Below, one piece after another: positions 29,417-39,589 of a stretch of 64,000 nt of DNA (position 1 is its first letter; each line of letters starts with the position of its first letter). The position numbers were made by a program, and so were the translations under genes. The DNA comes from a phage. The notes under the pieces are model-generated. The model did no database searches. It was given only the letters and a program-made list of their open reading frames with translations, and had not been told where the DNA came from. The stretch lies in sequence record PQ724392.1; one strand, written 5' to 3'.

Positions 29417-29652
29417 TCTTTCACCTTCATCATTTTAGCAATAACACTATGCACAGCCTGGATTCGTTTGTCGAACTCAGACCCTTCGAGGCCCTTTTCA
29501 GTACTCAGGGCACCAATCATCACAAACAGCAATCCAAATGGGATAACCAGGATTAAAAGGCACACAATAAACAGAACAAATGTAATATTGGCCAGGATAT
29601 CAGAAACAGCATTACGAAATTTATTCATATTTACCCTTAATTGATTAACCAA
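29413..29652 (-). CDS. small membrane protein
   Basis: 79-aa ORF with one long hydrophobic helix. Confidence 0.4.
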   Translation of the reverse strand: MVNQLRVNMNKFRNAVSDILANITFVLFIVCLLILVIPFGLLFVMIGALSTEKGLEGSEFDKRIQAVHSVIAKMMKVKE

Positions 29653-29742
29653 GCATTGATAAGCACTAAACTATACTGCGAATAAAATTCTGGACCAAAA
29701 TGAAAAATCATATCATTTATAGTATCCATAATATAATTAAAT

Positions 29743-30213
29743 TTAATCATGTTTCCACACCCCATCGGTATTTGACCAAAGTCGCTGATTATCTGACCCT
29801 CGCCACAGTTTTTTGGTCGGAAGATTTTTCTCATACTTCCCATCAATAATAACATCAACATATTTAAGCATTTCTAGTTGTTTAATATCTTCAAACTTAT
29901 ATCCTGTCCACATCCAAATGCTTTTATTTGGATAAAGATTTTTAACAGTTTGAACCACAGATTGAATAACATCTCGGTTATCAGGATAGAGAGGGTCTCC
30001 TCCAGTTATAGTTAATCCTTCTATATAATCATTATTCAAACATTCAATTAATTGTTCTAGTGTTTTACCAGTGAATGGAACACCATTTCTAGCATTCCAT
30101 GTTGATTTATTATAACACCCTTCGCATTTATGCAAACAACCTGTGACGAAAAGAACGACCCTGCATCCAGGGCCATTAATAAAATCACAAGGATAAATTC
30201 TATCATAATTCAT
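29743..30213 (-). CDS. nrdG: anaerobic ribonucleotide reductase activating protein NrdG (radical SAM)
   Basis: 156 aa; CxxxCxxC radical-SAM motif (CLHKCEGC); stop overlaps nrdD. Confidence 0.9.
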   Translation of the reverse strand: MNYDRIYPCDFINGPGCRVVLFVTGCLHKCEGCYNKSTWNARNGVPFTGKTLEQLIECLNNDYIEGLTITGGDPLYPDNRDVIQSVVQTVKNLYPNKSIWMWTGYKFEDIKQLEMLKYVDVIIDGKYEKNLPTKKLWRGSDNQRLWSNTDGVWKHD

Positions 30214-32027
30214 TGGTGTTTAACCCTATGCATGATTTCTTTATTTTTGCCGAGATTAAATCCGCGTTCGTTCGGATTTCCCAAATAACCACAAGTTCTT
30301 CTTATTGTGTTCATCTTTTTAGGGTCAGTTTCTCCACAAATAGAACAAACAAATCCGTTTTCAGTAGGAGTCATTTCATGGGTACTTCCACACGTAAAAC
30401 ATTTATCTACTGGCATGTTAACACCAAAATAATCTAAATGTTGCGCAGCATAATCCCATACAGCCTCAAGACCTTTTAAGTTATTTTTCATATCAGGAAG
30501 TTCAACATAAGAAATGTGACCACCTGTCGCAATGAAATGATATGGAGCTTCGCGGGAAATCTTTTCAAACGGGGTGATATTTTCTTCTACTGAAACATGG
30601 AAACTATTAGTGTACCAGCCTTTATCAGTAACATCCTTTACACTTCCATATTTTTCAGTATCAAGTTTACAGAAGCGATAACAAAGGTTTTCAGCAGGTG
30701 TAGAATACAAACTAAAAGCAAAACCGGTTCTTTCAGTCCACTGCTTAAGACGAGCATTCATTTTAGTTAAAATTTCTTGCCCAATATCACGACCGGCAAG
30801 AATATTCAATTCGTGAATACCAATGTATCCCAAAGACACTGAACTTCTACCGTTTTTAAATAACTCAATTATATCATCATCAGGTTTAAGACGAACCCCG
30901 AATGCACCTTCTTGGTAAAGAATAGGAGCAACAGTCGCTTTAACTCCTTTTAAGGAATTAATTCTACACATCAAAGCTTCAAAACACAAATCCATTCGCT
31001 CATTGAACAATTCGATAAATTTCTGTTCATTGAACTGTGTTCCAATATAAGAATCTAACGCAATGCGAGGAAGATTCAGTGTTACAACACCAAGATTATT
31101 ACGTCCATCAAGAATTTCATTACCAGTCGAATCTTTCCATACGCCCAAGAAACTACGGCAACCCATTGGAGAAACAGGAATAGATGAACCAGTGATAGCT
31201 TTATTATTCTTAGCTGAAATAATATCAGGATACATCCTTTTGCTTGCACACTCTAGAGCAAGCTGCTTAATATCATAGTTCGGGTCGTCTTTATAAAGAT
31301 TAACACCTTCTTCAACGAACATAACAAGTTTAGGGAAAATAGGAGTTATCCCATCGCGACCAAGACCTTTGATACGATTTTTCAGAATTGCTTTCTGAAT
31401 CATTCGTTCAGTCCAGTCAGTTCCCGTACCAAATGTAATGGTTACAAAAGGCGTTTGTCCGTTTGAACTAAAGAGAGTATTTACTTCATATTCATAAGCT
31501 TGGAATGCATCGTATACGTCTTTTTCTGTTTTAGATTGGGCATAATTCAATGCATCAGTGATTTGCCATTTTTCTGCATCTTCAATATGTTTTGCGTATG
31601 TACGTTTAACATAAGGAGAAAATACTTTGTCTACATTAGCAAAAGTCGTTCCGCCATATTGGTGAGAAGCAACCTGTGCAGTAATTTGTGCCATAATTGC
31701 AGTAGCAACACCGATTGATTTAGGAGTTTCAATCTGTGCATTACCAAGCTTAAATCCGTTCTCAAGCATTCCTTTTAAATCTACTAAACAGCAATTAGTA
31801 AATGGAAGAGCAGGGGAATAATCAATATCATGGAAATGAATAATTCCACTTTCATGGGCTTTCATAATAAAAGACGCGACCATATTTTTGGCAATATGTT
31901 TAGATACAATACCAGCCATAAGGTCCCGTTGAGTTGGAAAAACACGAGAATCTTTATTAGCATTCTCGTTTAAAAGGTCTTTATTAGTTTTATGAATCAA
32001 TCCTTCAATTTCGTTTTCAATTGTCAT
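30210..32027 (-). CDS. nrdD: anaerobic ribonucleoside-triphosphate reductase NrdD
   Basis: 605 aa, the size of T4 NrdD; C-terminal glycyl-radical region RTCGYLG and Cys cluster; contiguous, no intron. Confidence 0.95.
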   Translation of the reverse strand: MTIENEIEGLIHKTNKDLLNENANKDSRVFPTQRDLMAGIVSKHIAKNMVASFIMKAHESGIIHFHDIDYSPALPFTNCCLVDLKGMLENGFKLGNAQIETPKSIGVATAIMAQITAQVASHQYGGTTFANVDKVFSPYVKRTYAKHIEDAEKWQITDALNYAQSKTEKDVYDAFQAYEYEVNTLFSSNGQTPFVTITFGTGTDWTERMIQKAILKNRIKGLGRDGITPIFPKLVMFVEEGVNLYKDDPNYDIKQLALECASKRMYPDIISAKNNKAITGSSIPVSPMGCRSFLGVWKDSTGNEILDGRNNLGVVTLNLPRIALDSYIGTQFNEQKFIELFNERMDLCFEALMCRINSLKGVKATVAPILYQEGAFGVRLKPDDDIIELFKNGRSSVSLGYIGIHELNILAGRDIGQEILTKMNARLKQWTERTGFAFSLYSTPAENLCYRFCKLDTEKYGSVKDVTDKGWYTNSFHVSVEENITPFEKISREAPYHFIATGGHISYVELPDMKNNLKGLEAVWDYAAQHLDYFGVNMPVDKCFTCGSTHEMTPTENGFVCSICGETDPKKMNTIRRTCGYLGNPNERGFNLGKNKEIMHRVKHQ

Positions 32028-32497
32028 TTTAAACTCTTTCTAAGCTGCTTCTTAAATGAAGTCATTAATTGTGTTTTGGTGTCAGATTCATTATAAGTCA
32101 TACCATTCAAAAGCATTTCCCGAATCATTTCTTCTTTCCCCAGACGACCGAACTCTTTGGCTTTGTCTGTTACAAAATTGGGGTGAATATTGTTTTCGGT
32201 ATAATCAGATTTCAGATAGACAAGCAAACTCTCTAACCATTCCAGGTAGTCAACATCGCGACTTTTCAGACCCGAACGGCTGAACTTATGCTTCATTTGT
32301 CCTTCTGTCCCATTGCACAGATTGCATAGTAACCCGCGAACCTTACCAGCTTTTGGCCCGTTCAATTCGTGGTCATGGTCAAGATGGTTGGCCTGAACAT
32401 CGGAGTCCAAATCACGGTGGCAAATTGGACACTTACCAGCTTGTGCATCATAAAGTTTTTGTTTTTCTTCTTTGTATAATTTGCCAGTCAACAACAT
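32024..32497 (-). CDS. 49: endonuclease VII gp49 (Holliday junction resolvase)
   Basis: 157 aa; CPICHRDLD ... HLDHDHE ... CNLCN zinc/His motifs typical of Endo VII. Confidence 0.85.
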   Translation of the reverse strand: MLLTGKLYKEEKQKLYDAQAGKCPICHRDLDSDVQANHLDHDHELNGPKAGKVRGLLCNLCNGTEGQMKHKFSRSGLKSRDVDYLEWLESLLVYLKSDYTENNIHPNFVTDKAKEFGRLGKEEMIREMLLNGMTYNESDTKTQLMTSFKKQLRKSLK

Positions 32498-32532
32498 AAT
32501 AAACCCTTACCATTATTAGATAAGGGTATTTA

Positions 32533-32709
32533 TTAAATCTTATAAAACGCGCGGTGTAACCGTTTAAATTGACGAATCATCTTTTTAGTAGGACGAGTAT
32601 ACAATCCTACACAGGTAGCCATAAACTGGTCAGTTGGACTTCCTTTAATAAGAAGTTTCCAGACCTTGACACCATTTAACTTTTCGGTATAGACTAATGC
32701 AGTTTTCAT
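32533..32709 (-). CDS. small basic protein
   Basis: 58-aa frame translated by hand (MKTALVYTEKLNGVKVWKLL...); TAATG overlap with upstream ORF. Confidence 0.35.
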   Translation of the reverse strand: MKTALVYTEKLNGVKVWKLLIKGSPTDQFMATCVGLYTRPTKKMIRQFKRLHRAFYKI

Positions 32710-32981
32710 TAAACAATCCTAAAACAAGGATAATGACATTCAACGTTACCATTATCAATTATCATATACTCAGTGATACAGGTCCATGACCCTTCAATTT
32801 CTATGGTATCAAAAAGGTATTCATCTGTTTCAACAACGTCCCAAACATTACATTCAACATCAGGGTCAAAACGTTGTCTTAACGCCTGGATAACATCGCC
32901 ATTTTTAAATCCTGCGTCTTGAAGCTCTTTCATAAATCCTGATTGAGCAGCCGCATGAATATTAACAATTTCTAAAAACAT
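32709..32981 (-). CDS. hypothetical protein
   Basis: 90-aa ORF co-oriented. Confidence 0.35.
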   Translation of the reverse strand: MFLEIVNIHAAAQSGFMKELQDAGFKNGDVIQALRQRFDPDVECNVWDVVETDEYLFDTIEIEGSWTCITEYMIIDNGNVECHYPCFRIV

Positions 32982-33271
32982 TAAAAGGCCTCATCAGAAA
33001 AGCGGAGTTGAGCTTCAAGCCAATGGATATAATCCGCCGCGGCAAAAATTAAAGCAGATTCTTCATCAGGTAACTTACGGGAATCCGACAGTTCATAAAG
33101 TGATTTTTCAATCAGGCGGCCTTTATGACGGCCAATTTCAATTTTGGTACTCATATCCAAACTCCATATCGATTAAATCATTGTTTGAAGGTTCATTATA
33201 ATCTATTTCGGAATCGTTGTAAACAGGTTCCTCTGGCTCGACGGTTTCCCATCGAGCGGTGTACCATGGTT

Positions 33272-33592
33272 TTATAGCGTAATCCATTCTCTGATAGTTT
33301 GGGTTACGACACGTTCTTGGAGCTTGACCAGTTCAACAGTCGGGACCATATGGTCCCAGTCGGTATGATAAGAGCCGGTACGAGTTTCGTTTACAGCCAC
33401 ATGTACATTATGTTTTTTGCTGAAATAAATTGCCTGGCGATATTGGTATTTGCCAGATTGTGTCCATTCGCCTAATTCAACCGGAACCAGGTAGTCCGAA
33501 AATTCAAACTCGTATGATTCAGTAAACGCATCATGGTCTTCAATGATTTCGCTTAAAACAGCATCAACATCTAATTCATTTTCAATAGTCAT
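33272..33592 (-). CDS. hypothetical protein
   Basis: 106-aa ORF co-oriented. Confidence 0.35.
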   Translation of the reverse strand: MTIENELDVDAVLSEIIEDHDAFTESYEFEFSDYLVPVELGEWTQSGKYQYRQAIYFSKKHNVHVAVNETRTGSYHTDWDHMVPTVELVKLQERVVTQTIREWITL

Positions 33593-33897
33593 TGGTCACT
33601 CCAATAGCTTGATACTTCAAAATCAGGCTCGCCGTCGTCCCAGTACCAGGGACCCACCGGATGCCAATCGCCATGCTTATCTTCTTCATATTCTATAGAT
33701 TCAAGCCCAACGTATTGCCATTGGACTTCATAAGCAGTACCGCCGATTACAACAGTGTTCTCACCATACGGGTTAGCCACAGCAAAGTCAATACCTTCTT
33801 CCTTTGCCAGGGCGACCATGTATTCGTATAGTTTATATTCCAGGTCGTCTTCGTTGCCATCGCCCAGATAAATTGTTTGTCCGTCTAATTCACTCAT
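33589..33897 (-). CDS. hypothetical acidic protein
   Basis: 102-aa ORF, stop overlaps next start. Confidence 0.35.
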   Translation of the reverse strand: MSELDGQTIYLGDGNEDDLEYKLYEYMVALAKEEGIDFAVANPYGENTVVIGGTAYEVQWQYVGLESIEYEEDKHGDWHPVGPWYWDDGEPDFEVSSYWSDQ

Positions 33898-34230
33898 AAT
33901 TCCACCATAAATTCAAATAACTGGTCGCGTACACAAGTATCAGTCCAACCCCATTCGTTGGCTTCTTCTTTTAACCAATCCGGGAGATTTGCCAATACGG
34001 TTTCTTTACTAGGCGCAGGAGTATCAAACTCTCTTGCGCAGGTTTTATAGGCCATATCAAATTCGGTCATTTAAAGTTCCAGAATGAAGCACCAACCAGA
34101 AATAAAGGCCAACAAATCATAGACGTCAGCCACCAGCAAAAGTCACCTGCACCGAAATCATCTAATTTAGCTAGGGTCTTAGCATAACCAATACCGATGA
34201 TAAGATACAAAATACCCAACAATAATTCAA

Positions 34231-34494
34231 TCATTTAAAATATTCTCGCAGTTCAGTGAATCCGCCAATATGACTTCCGTCAGGAGCAAATACTTGCGGC
34301 ATGGTCAAACCAATTTGAGATTCGCGACCAAGTGCAGCCAGGAGTTGGGCAATCTTCTCATCATCAAACACACCTTTTTCTGGCATAACGTTGATGAACT
34401 CGTAAGGTTGTTTTTTAACATCCAAAAAACGTTTTGCATTATCGCAGAATACACAGCGATGAATAGATGAATCATAACCATATACTTTAAACAT
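34231..34494 (-). CDS. nrdC: thioredoxin/glutaredoxin NrdC
   Basis: 87 aa; CVFC redox motif; size and position as T4 NrdC. Confidence 0.8.
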   Translation of the reverse strand: MFKVYGYDSSIHRCVFCDNAKRFLDVKKQPYEFINVMPEKGVFDDEKIAQLLAALGRESQIGLTMPQVFAPDGSHIGGFTELREYFK

Positions 34495-34495
34495 A

Positions 34496-34738
34496 TTATT
34501 CCTTAATTCCTAATACTTGTTTGAAGGTCTCAGTATAATCGGGGTATTGACCGGTTTGTTCTTTATGTTTGACCATAATACCATAAACTTCTGAACGCAT
34601 ATTATTATATGAACGAGTTAAAGCAGATTTCAATACTGAATAACTATCCGGAAGTTTACCGTGTTCTTTATAATAGGCCAGAGTTAATTCACGGACCGCC
34701 TTATCAGCAGTCTCAAGATATTCTTTACGCTTTGCCAT
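34496..34738 (-). CDS. hypothetical protein
   Basis: 80-aa ORF co-oriented. Confidence 0.4.
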   Translation of the reverse strand: MAKRKEYLETADKAVRELTLAYYKEHGKLPDSYSVLKSALTRSYNNMRSEVYGIMVKHKEQTGQYPDYTETFKQVLGIKE

Positions 34739-35036
34739 TATCTACAATCTCATTATAAGCTGTATAGGCCGCTATTGCAATACACTCTTCTAACGGTAAA
34801 TTTGTATTTGGTTGGTTTATTAAAGCCGAATTAGCCCGGATTTTAAAAACAGTAATGGCATAATCAATTGAAGATTGAATATTACGATGGATGGAATCTA
34901 TACTAACTGTTGCACCGCAATCTTCAACGTATTGGAGACATATTCGGGTCGTTAATTCCTGAAGTTCTTTAAACAAGCCTTTCATCTCATCAGTCTCAAT
35001 GATATTTTGACTTTTAAATGGGTTTAAATTATTCAT
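34725..35036 (-). CDS. hypothetical protein
   Basis: Start moved to internal Met (MNNLNPF...) to resolve overlap. Confidence 0.35.
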   Translation of the reverse strand: MNNLNPFKSQNIIETDEMKGLFKELQELTTRICLQYVEDCGATVSIDSIHRNIQSSIDYAITVFKIRANSALINQPNTNLPLEECIAIAAYTAYNEIVDNGKA

Positions 35037-35316
35037 TTTCTTCTCGCTCAAATTTGTGTTTGCAATGTCTGCATTTATAACGAAGATTACTAGTCTGCCA
35101 ATGGACCAACTGGACCTGCTCAGTTCCACATTCTGGACAGTTTGGAACACGCTTAGAGGCGCGTTCACGGCGACGAACCATAGCCATTACCATATCCCAG
35201 TCAGTAACCTGGTTATAATCATCAGTCCAGTTTAAAAGACCTTTATTAACCCCCGCTGCGGGGGTCCATTCTGGAAATGCAGTTTCTGCAATATCTTCAG
35301 CTAAACGTTGTTTCAT
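35029..35316 (-). CDS. zinc-ribbon protein
   Basis: 95 aa with CPEC ... CRHC pairs. Confidence 0.4.
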   Translation of the reverse strand: MKQRLAEDIAETAFPEWTPAAGVNKGLLNWTDDYNQVTDWDMVMAMVRRRERASKRVPNCPECGTEQVQLVHWQTSNLRYKCRHCKHKFEREENE

Positions 35317-36302
35317 TTCAGCAGCTCCAGAGCTTGTTCCAGTTTATCCAGACGATTAGTTGATTCTTCCCAAAGTCGCTTGGCTTTGGTATAGTCTTCA
35401 GTTGCCTTTTTATTAACAGCAAGAGCTTTATTATACGCCATTTCCAGAGCAACAATTTCAGGCGCTTTTTGTTCCACTGGCTCATTATTCAGATTATCAA
35501 TCAGGTCTTCAAGGGTGGTTTCTTGCGGAGCATTCATAATTTCCTCACTTTTCTTTTTATAAATTTCTGCATCAGTTGGTTGTTTTGCGCATTTAACTTC
35601 ACGCAATGTCACCACAATTTTCCAACCTTTCCAACCATGAGCACTGGTGATAGGGTCTACTTTAATTTTTTCAACAGTGCGCATATAATTAAGGGCACAT
35701 TGCAGCTGTGAAGTAAGCGTGCTCGCGGCATCAAGATACTTTTTGACATTTTCTGGAGTAGCCACTGGCGTAAAGAATCCATACTTAACTGTAATAATTA
35801 CCTGGTTTTCACCAGACTCTTTAACCTTTATCATGTGCTCAGCCAAATGGGAGATAGTGCGATAATCGCTACCCATCAATTTTGTCGCTGATTTGATGAT
35901 AGACATTTTGTTATCTCTGAATTCACGAGCCCAGCAATTTGCGAATTCAGAAACAGTATAGCCTTGTTTATCAAGGTAGTATTTTTCAACATCACCAAAC
36001 CAATGATATCCAATTGTACCTTTACCATGTCTGGATTCAACGCCAAACTTATTAAGAAGGTCTTTATTAACTAGGTATGCCAGGACTCGGGAACCTTTAA
36101 AAGTTTTCTTGATATCATCTTTACCGGCACGGCTCGCAATAGTCGCAATGTCTTTCTTGAAGCGCCCGGATGCAACAATCGTCGAGTCAATCTGATTTAA
36201 CCAGTAATTGATAATTAAAAGGATAGCCGATTCACCTATTAATGGTTTTACTTTTGCATCGATAGTGGTGTTAAAGGCCTGGATATATTCGTTACGTGTC
36301 AT
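35313..36302 (-). CDS. hypothetical protein with C-terminal coiled coil
   Basis: 329-aa ORF; C-terminal heptad-like tail (RLDKLEQALELLK). Confidence 0.45.
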   Translation of the reverse strand: MTRNEYIQAFNTTIDAKVKPLIGESAILLIINYWLNQIDSTIVASGRFKKDIATIASRAGKDDIKKTFKGSRVLAYLVNKDLLNKFGVESRHGKGTIGYHWFGDVEKYYLDKQGYTVSEFANCWAREFRDNKMSIIKSATKLMGSDYRTISHLAEHMIKVKESGENQVIITVKYGFFTPVATPENVKKYLDAASTLTSQLQCALNYMRTVEKIKVDPITSAHGWKGWKIVVTLREVKCAKQPTDAEIYKKKSEEIMNAPQETTLEDLIDNLNNEPVEQKAPEIVALEMAYNKALAVNKKATEDYTKAKRLWEESTNRLDKLEQALELLK

Positions 36303-36360
36303 AGTGTTCTCCTCATAAAGTAGGAATTCATTATACTCCCTCCATCCTTGGAAGTAAACA

Positions 36361-37272
36361 TTATTTTAATGCTAAAATCGCCGCCTGCAATTTATTGCGT
36401 TGTGTTTCCATATTCTTGATGCGATTCAGAACATCCTGAATACCCTTTTTCTCATCTTCAATCAGACCGTTTAAGCGGTTGACTGATTCCTGGATAGCAT
36501 CAGCATGATAGCTCTCAATAGGCTTCATTGGTGGGTTAAAGATTTCAAGAGAGCTGTTTGGCTGGATTTTCCATTGATACATATTTTTAACTTCCAGTGG
36601 TGAAATTTTAGCCTGGTCGTAAGATTTAAACTGACCTGTAACTGCTGGGTTATATGCTGCAGTAGGGGTTTCCATTTCTGGTTCCTTTTTCTCTTGATAA
36701 GGAGCATAAGACAAAAGATATTCTTTAGTTAATTTAATATCAATGACTATAGTTTTAAGGAATTTTTCTGTTTGATGGATATAATTTGTATCTTCTTCAA
36801 ACGTGTATGCTTCAACGGCATGACGCATATAAAACAGAGCAATACCCATAACCTCTTTAAAGGTATCACAAAGAGCAACATCACCCTTAGTAGTTGGCTT
36901 GAACTTAATCTGCACGCCATCGTTCTTGATATTAATAATCAAGTTATCGGAGTTAAAATTATAGTTCTTGATGTTAACCGGAGCCTTGCGAATACGAAGC
37001 CCCGCAGCCAGGATTTCCTTAATGCTCTTACGAACTGTGGCACCAAACAAAAACGCAGGGCGGCGGCAGTAATCATTCAGAGAGTTAATTCTTACAATAC
37101 GTTGCCCATACCCCTGGGTGGCAGAACCTGATTTGATTTTACCAAAGTTAACCAGAGAATTCATCGCGATAAGACGGGTTGCACGACCTTCACGCTGTTC
37201 AAATCGAGAATATTCTTTACGTGTTTTAATTTTCATATCATAATCCAAATAATTTTTCATAGAGTTTAGCAA
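36361..37272 (-). CDS. hypothetical protein with C-terminal coiled coil
   Basis: 303-aa ORF; C-terminal tail (IKNMETQRNKLQAAILALK). Confidence 0.45.
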   Translation of the reverse strand: MLNSMKNYLDYDMKIKTRKEYSRFEQREGRATRLIAMNSLVNFGKIKSGSATQGYGQRIVRINSLNDYCRRPAFLFGATVRKSIKEILAAGLRIRKAPVNIKNYNFNSDNLIINIKNDGVQIKFKPTTKGDVALCDTFKEVMGIALFYMRHAVEAYTFEEDTNYIHQTEKFLKTIVIDIKLTKEYLLSYAPYQEKKEPEMETPTAAYNPAVTGQFKSYDQAKISPLEVKNMYQWKIQPNSSLEIFNPPMKPIESYHADAIQESVNRLNGLIEDEKKGIQDVLNRIKNMETQRNKLQAAILALK

Positions 37273-37474
37273 AAGGCCAGGTCACACACATTATAACAGC
37301 GACTACCCAGAATATAGGCCAGCAAAATGTTGTGAACGCCGCATCATACTCGTCCCCACTTTCGTAGGGACTATCAAACTTGTGGAGCAACAGGGTAGTA
37401 ATAAAACCTATCACAAGATAACCAAAAATAATGCTGATAATCAAAATAGTCATATTAATCCTTAAGCAATTCAA
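37238..37474 (-). CDS. small membrane protein
   Basis: 78 aa, two hydrophobic helices. Confidence 0.4.
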   Translation of the reverse strand: MNCLRINMTILIISIIFGYLVIGFITTLLLHKFDSPYESGDEYDAAFTTFCWPIFWVVAVIMCVTWPFAKLYEKLFGL

Positions 37475-38300
37475 TAACGTTCATCAGTTTCTGACGTTCG
37501 GCTTTCGCCGCGTTATTCAGTCCCGACAGACGGAAAATTTCATCATCTTGCTGCTGGATGGTGATGTTAAGCTCTTCAATCTGTTTAGTGAAAAGCTCAA
37601 TTTGCTCTGAATATTTTTCATTGCTTCGCACTGGAACAGGTTCCATTTTAGGAGCTTGTTCTGAAGGGCTGACTTCAAATTGGTCTTTAATTTGGCATAA
37701 TTTAATACGCTGGACGCCTCCAGTTTTAACATCATAAAAGGTAAGAATACCGTGACATTCCAGTACAGACAATGCCAAACGAAGATGGAATTTCCAATTA
37801 TCATATTGACATCCACTAAAAGAAGAAATACTGTATTCACCTTCTTTTTGACCTTTAATAACATTAAATAGTTTATAATCTAAAGAATTATTGGTTTTAA
37901 AGGTCATTTGTTTATCTTGACCGCTTGCTAAACGAGCGCCTAATGCCAATAAACGGCGCTGGTTTTTCCAAAGGTCTTTAACCACTTCATCAAACGTCAT
38001 GGTGTTAATCGCACGACCATAAAGGTCATAACCTTTATTATAATTTTTAAGTAAAATTTTGGCATTAGCACGAGACAACATACCTGAACGATGAAGAGAT
38101 TTCATGACTCGGTCTTCTAATGTAAGAAGACCAGTGGTCTTTTCAAAGATTTTAGTGAATTCAGCGGAATTAGTACAAACATTGAACTTATTCCACATCA
38201 TATATAGAACATTTAAAACCACATCTTTGGTGCTTGGTATACGACCAAATTTAACAACTTTTTTAACTTCAGAACGAATTTCATTAATTGCTTGCGACAT
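37455..38300 (-). CDS. hypothetical protein with C-terminal coiled coil
   Basis: 281-aa ORF; C-terminal tail (KAERQKLMNVIELLKD). Confidence 0.45.
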   Translation of the reverse strand: MSQAINEIRSEVKKVVKFGRIPSTKDVVLNVLYMMWNKFNVCTNSAEFTKIFEKTTGLLTLEDRVMKSLHRSGMLSRANAKILLKNYNKGYDLYGRAINTMTFDEVVKDLWKNQRRLLALGARLASGQDKQMTFKTNNSLDYKLFNVIKGQKEGEYSISSFSGCQYDNWKFHLRLALSVLECHGILTFYDVKTGGVQRIKLCQIKDQFEVSPSEQAPKMEPVPVRSNEKYSEQIELFTKQIEELNITIQQQDDEIFRLSGLNNAAKAERQKLMNVIELLKD

Positions 38301-38363
38301 AATAATTTCCTCAATAGATTAATCAAAGGTCAGAACCATTATACCATCCTTGGTATAAAGCGT

Positions 38364-38888
38364 TTATGCGAGAACCGTCTTTAAACGCTCTTCAAACTTC
38401 TGAAGGAGTACCTGGCGCTCTGCTCTTTGTTTGGTATAGGTTTCAATACGCTCTGAAGTGAGATTGTATTGTTCATTAACTGATTCCCTCATGAATTCAG
38501 GAATCTCTTTACATGCTTTGATTTCATTGAACTTATCAAGCACCGCTTGTTGTTCAGCAATCAGACCATCATAATATTGGATATCTGATTTGATGTTTTG
38601 TACATCAGATTCAGTAGGCATATTTTTCTTTGCTCTTGTCGCCTGATACTCAGCATTAGTCTCTCTTGACCAGAACAAAGAGCGGTTTTTATTGGTGTTT
38701 TTATACACATCAACAATACCAACTGAATCAACAGTCACAATCCAGTTCCAGGCGTTTTTATAAGTTTGACCGCCTGATACTGTAATCTCACCCGCACAAG
38801 CAACATCATTAAAGAACTTGCTTTGTGCTTCTGATTTAAAATTACCATTATTGTAATTAATCAGATTAAAGATTGATTTCGCTTCCAT
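38364..38888 (-). CDS. hypothetical protein with C-terminal coiled coil
   Basis: 174-aa ORF; preceded by promoter cassette. Confidence 0.45.
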   Translation of the reverse strand: MEAKSIFNLINYNNGNFKSEAQSKFFNDVACAGEITVSGGQTYKNAWNWIVTVDSVGIVDVYKNTNKNRSLFWSRETNAEYQATRAKKNMPTESDVQNIKSDIQYYDGLIAEQQAVLDKFNEIKACKEIPEFMRESVNEQYNLTSERIETYTKQRAERQVLLQKFEERLKTVLA

Positions 38889-38954
38889 TTTATTCTCCAG
38901 TATTTGGTAACTCAGTATGGGAACATTATACGTCTATCCCCATACCATGTACAC
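38889..38954 (-). promoter_or_regulatory. early promoter cassette (-35 GTGTAC, -10 TATAAT, long conserved leader)
   Basis: GTGTAC-N18-TATAAT then GTTCCCATACTGAGTTACCAAATACTGGAGAATAAA before ATG. Confidence 0.5.
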
Positions 38955-38956
38955 AT

Positions 38957-39259
38957 TTAATTAAAAGTTCTTTCAGTATTTTCACCGCTGAACCAGACGC
39001 TCTTAACGGCTTGCTGGGCGCGGTAGAGCTGCTCCGCCATATAAACACCAAGGGCCTCAGCTTTACGCGTTCTGTGAGCTTCTGCGGCGACCATTTGCAG
39101 CTTATCCATCATGATAAGAGCTTTACATTTCTCCTTCAGAGCATATCGCTTCTTCTCTTCTGGAGTTTTGACCATTCCTCTTAACTTGTGCATTTTCAAC
39201 TTAAAATGGTCAGCAGATTTCAGACATGCATCAATCATGTCAATTTCATACTTTTTCAT
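38957..39259 (-). CDS. hypothetical protein
   Basis: 100-aa ORF co-oriented. Confidence 0.4.
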   Translation of the reverse strand: MKKYEIDMIDACLKSADHFKLKMHKLRGMVKTPEEKKRYALKEKCKALIMMDKLQMVAAEAHRTRKAEALGVYMAEQLYRAQQAVKSVWFSGENTERTFN

Positions 39260-39265
39260 AATTCC

Positions 39266-39472
39266 TCACTTGCGACGACGTTTTGGTAATGGTTTAGGGA
39301 AGAACATTGCTTTACCTGCAGGGGTTAAAGTCACACGCAAAGCATTACCAATACCAAGGGATGCTTTAACCAGACCTTTGGCTTTTAACTCACCAAATGC
39401 TTGACGTTGTTCAGGGTCACGAGTGTTAACCATCAGACCTTTTTCACCAGCAGCTTTGATTAATTCTAACAT
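39266..39472 (-). CDS. hypothetical small basic protein
   Basis: 68-aa ORF ending KRRRK; preceded by promoter cassette. Confidence 0.4.
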   Translation of the reverse strand: MLELIKAAGEKGLMVNTRDPEQRQAFGELKAKGLVKASLGIGNALRVTLTPAGKAMFFPKPLPKRRRK

Positions 39473-39543
39473 TTTATTCTCCGTTTGTTTATTTGGTAAC
39501 TCAGTATGGAATCATTATGCCTCATGACCATCTGGTTGTACAC
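39473..39543 (-). promoter_or_regulatory. early promoter cassette (-35 GTGTAC, -10 CATAAT, long conserved leader)
   Basis: GTGTAC-N18-CATAAT then GATTCCATACTGAGTTACCAAATAAACAAACGGAGAATAAA before ATG. Confidence 0.5.
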
Positions 39544-39589
39544 ATATACTAAATAAAAATACTTAATAAAACCATAAAGGAGAAAGTTT

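Noticed and set aside
29637-29861. 74-aa ORF overlapping the 3' end of nrdG
   Set aside because: Overlaps nrdG by about 118 nt in another frame; at most a short downstream peptide could be real
30210-32027. Group I intron in nrdD (present in T4)
   Set aside because: The NrdD reading frame is uninterrupted at 605 aa, so there is no sign of an intron here; gene 43 is likewise contiguous
37517-37864. 115-aa ORF in alternate frame inside 37455..38300
   Set aside because: Fully nested in a longer co-oriented ORF; low-complexity translation
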